Assembly (NCBI GenBank): GCA_041664365.1
Contig: JBAYKW010000004.1
Coordinates: forward strand, 11,013 to 75,012
DNA: 64,000 bases
DNA from: Patescibacteria group bacterium
Lineage (GTDB): Bacteria; Patescibacteriota; Patescibacteriia; UM-FILTER-42-10
Reading direction: 5' to 3'
Positions 61,722 to 64,000 of the stretch are shown here, in pieces; position 1 is the first letter of the stretch; the number at the start of each line of letters is the position of its first letter. The notes under the pieces are model-generated. The model saw nothing but the letters and a program-made list of their open reading frames with translations, did no database searches and was not told the DNA's origin. The position numbers and the translations under genes were made by a program.

Positions 61722-63564
61722 AAACTCATATACAATTTTGTTTGGCATTAGTGCAATAATCGCAGTTACTCTTTTAGGCTGGTCCAGCCGTGCTGTATGG
61801 GGTTTGGCGATTATTGAAATAATTATACTTTCAGTTTTTTTACTAACCATTTCCCGTACAAAAAGTGAAAAGGTTAAACTTCCAATAACCCTGAGTGCAT
61901 TTATTTTTTTCCTTGTCCTCTCAACTGTTTTTTCCGTCTATAAGTACAATAGCATTTTGGATTTGGTAATGTACACGCTGTTCATTGTTGCATTTTGGCT
62001 GGTTGCAAAATTTATCAGGAATGGCAATCAGATTAAAATTATTATAACTGTGCTATCATCGGTAGCACTTATTTCTGCGATCAGCGGAATTGTAAATTTC
62101 TTTCAGCTTCGTGATATCAGCCTGGGCGTTGCTTCTTTTTTCGGGTGGCGTAATATTTTTGCCGGATTTATCTTGCTTACTCTGCCAATTACATTAACCC
62201 AATTCCTTGTTGAAAAAGGAAAAAGTAAAAATATTTTTTTTGGTGTAGCCACAATCTTATTAACTGTCAATTTGTATTTCACATTTTCCCAGGCCAGTTG
62301 GATTGCAATGGCGTTTGTTCTCCTCATGCTAATTTGGTTTTTAAGAAAATTGCCGGCCAAACAACTTATTATCAGACTTTCCGTCGTAATTTTAATTTCA
62401 GTAATTTTAGTGACAGCTCTATTACAGCTCCATGCTCCTTTAAGCAGTGAATCCATTCAGGATGCAAATGTAATCCAGTCTGTTGCAGTCGGTAATCGGA
62501 TTGATTATTGGAGAACCAGCTTGGAGATGTTTACTAACTATCCATGGGCAGGCGTTGGAATCGGCAATTTTGAAACCATCTATACCCACTACCAGCAGAA
62601 CGTTTGGTCCTTCTCAGTTTCCCCGCATAATAGTCTGCTACTTTTCCTGACCGAACTGGGAGTATTTGGACTAATTGCATTCCTTGCTTTCCTTTTTGCT
62701 GTTGCTCGAAAAGCAAAGATATTGCTCAAAAATTACAGACCTGATGATAAGTCAATATATTATTATGCCGTTGGGATATTTGGAGGAATTGTCGCATCTT
62801 TTGGGCACAGCTTAACTGATGTTGACTGGGAAGTTCCTTCATTATTGTTACTTTGGTTTATTGAGGCTGGATTGATCTATGCTTTAGCGAATACTTCTTT
62901 CGGAAAAGATATAGAGCCATCTGAAGACAGGAAAGGCAATGTAAAAACGCAGATATTATTTTTTATCTCCTCACTTGTTTTCGGTTATCTGATTATTGTG
63001 CCGACAATAACTGATTTATGGAACAAAAAAGTCGATATTGCACAAAATGAATTTGGCGATAATATTAATTCGATCGCAATGTTGAAAAAAGCAATTGCCA
63101 TCAACCCAATTAATGCAGATTTATACAAAAATCTTGCTGAAAGTTACCAAATCAGTTTACTGGATCATAGAGGTATACGAGAAGAAAATCAATACAACAT
63201 TATTAAATATGCTAGAGAAGCAGTCAGACTTGACCCGCTCTCCGCAAAAAGACATGAAGCATTGGGTTATGCATTAAATTTCGTGAGTTCCGGTGAAGAT
63301 GAAGAAATTATGGAAGCGGAAATTGAATTACAAAAAGCTATGGTCTATGACCCCAATACAATATACCAATACCAACTGCTTGGATTTATACTTCAGCGTC
63401 AGAAAAAATATAATCAAGCTATTGAAATCTTGGATGTCGCACTAAAACTTTATAATGATGAAACTGTGATTAAAATGCATGCTGATCAGAATCAGCTACT
63501 AGGACAGATAGAGTCTATTAGAAAACTGCGTGAAACAATTGTCACACAGCAAGTAGTAGAATAG
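61705..63564 (+). CDS. O-antigen ligase (Wzy_C) family protein with C-terminal TPRs
   Basis: Many TM helices, R..YW...GVGIGNF...PHNSLL...ELG, TPR-like tail. Confidence 0.85.
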   Translation: MQLVNKNSYTILFGISAIIAVTLLGWSSRAVWGLAIIEIIILSVFLLTISRTKSEKVKLPITLSAFIFFLVLSTVFSVYKYNSILDLVMYTLFIVAFWLVAKFIRNGNQIKIIITVLSSVALISAISGIVNFFQLRDISLGVASFFGWRNIFAGFILLTLPITLTQFLVEKGKSKNIFFGVATILLTVNLYFTFSQASWIAMAFVLLMLIWFLRKLPAKQLIIRLSVVILISVILVTALLQLHAPLSSESIQDANVIQSVAVGNRIDYWRTSLEMFTNYPWAGVGIGNFETIYTHYQQNVWSFSVSPHNSLLLFLTELGVFGLIAFLAFLFAVARKAKILLKNYRPDDKSIYYYAVGIFGGIVASFGHSLTDVDWEVPSLLLLWFIEAGLIYALANTSFGKDIEPSEDRKGNVKTQILFFISSLVFGYLIIVPTITDLWNKKVDIAQNEFGDNINSIAMLKKAIAINPINADLYKNLAESYQISLLDHRGIREENQYNIIKYAREAVRLDPLSAKRHEALGYALNFVSSGEDEEIMEAEIELQKAMVYDPNTIYQYQLLGFILQRQKKYNQAIEILDVALKLYNDETVIKMHADQNQLLGQIESIRKLRETIVTQQVVE

Positions 63565-63582
63565 TTTATTCTAAAATCTATT

Positions 63583-63999
63583 CTATAAATATGGAGCAAT
63601 CAGCTCCTGATTTTTTTTATAATATTTATCCGCAAAATCCGTGTTCCCAAGAGAATTCTCAACTTCCGATAACCTATAATAAACATCTGCAATCGATAGT
63701 GTTAAATACCTTTTTACATCAAATGTAATACCAAAAGTGTTCGGATCGGCAAACAATTCTATCGCTTTTAAATATTTTAATTTTGCTTCAGGCACGTTGC
63801 CCGCCGTCTCCAAGCCCATACCCCAGAAAAAATAAGCCGATGCATAATTGGGACTTTTTATGGTTGCTTGCCGAAAGGATTGATCCATAATCTCGAACTT
63901 GTTGGCATCGATCATCCCCCACTCCCGCATCAACTCACCCATTTTATAATCATAATTAGTGCTGACCGGATTTTTTTGTTTGATTATATTTAACTCCGC
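63583..63999 (-). CDS. TPR-containing protein, C-terminal part (5' end outside the window)
   Basis: Frame is open from the window end; SPNYASAYFFWG...AIEL TPR pattern. Confidence 0.7.
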   Translation of the reverse strand, partial: AELNIIKQKNPVSTNYDYKMGELMREWGMIDANKFEIMDQSFRQATIKSPNYASAYFFWGMGLETAGNVPEAKLKYLKAIELFADPNTFGITFDVKRYLTLSIADVYYRLSEVENSLGNTDFADKYYKKNQELIAPYL

Positions 64000-64000
64000 T

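Overview
AT-rich bacterial chromosome segment read with the standard code. It looks like Patescibacteria/CPR (inference from the missing rpmD, a GAD-less AspRS, extended r-proteins, a minor-pilin cluster and few SD sites). Core content: tpiA, scpAB, aspS/asnS, dnaB-ybaB-recR, the str-S10-spc cluster to secY-adk-map, rpmB, two P-type ATPases, a PAS kinase with three tandem receivers, trpB2, ndk, gatCA, ligA, type IV minor pilins with pilD, and glycosylation genes. RNA genes are tRNA-Lys, tRNA-Pro and a 6S-like RNA candidate. The most unusual region is 47.6-49.7 kb. One promoter is followed by two tandem Ile-rich leader-peptide attenuators, upstream of three small GC-richer genes that share a CxxC-x6-CxC motif. 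A separate aromatic-rich attenuator precedes two more orphan microproteins. None of these five genes is a recognisable amino-acid biosynthesis or transport gene. A canonical Trp-Trp attenuator precedes trpB2. Both tRNAs have a nearby tRNA fragment interrupted by a short palindromic insertion. All calls come from reading the sequence by eye; no searches were run.
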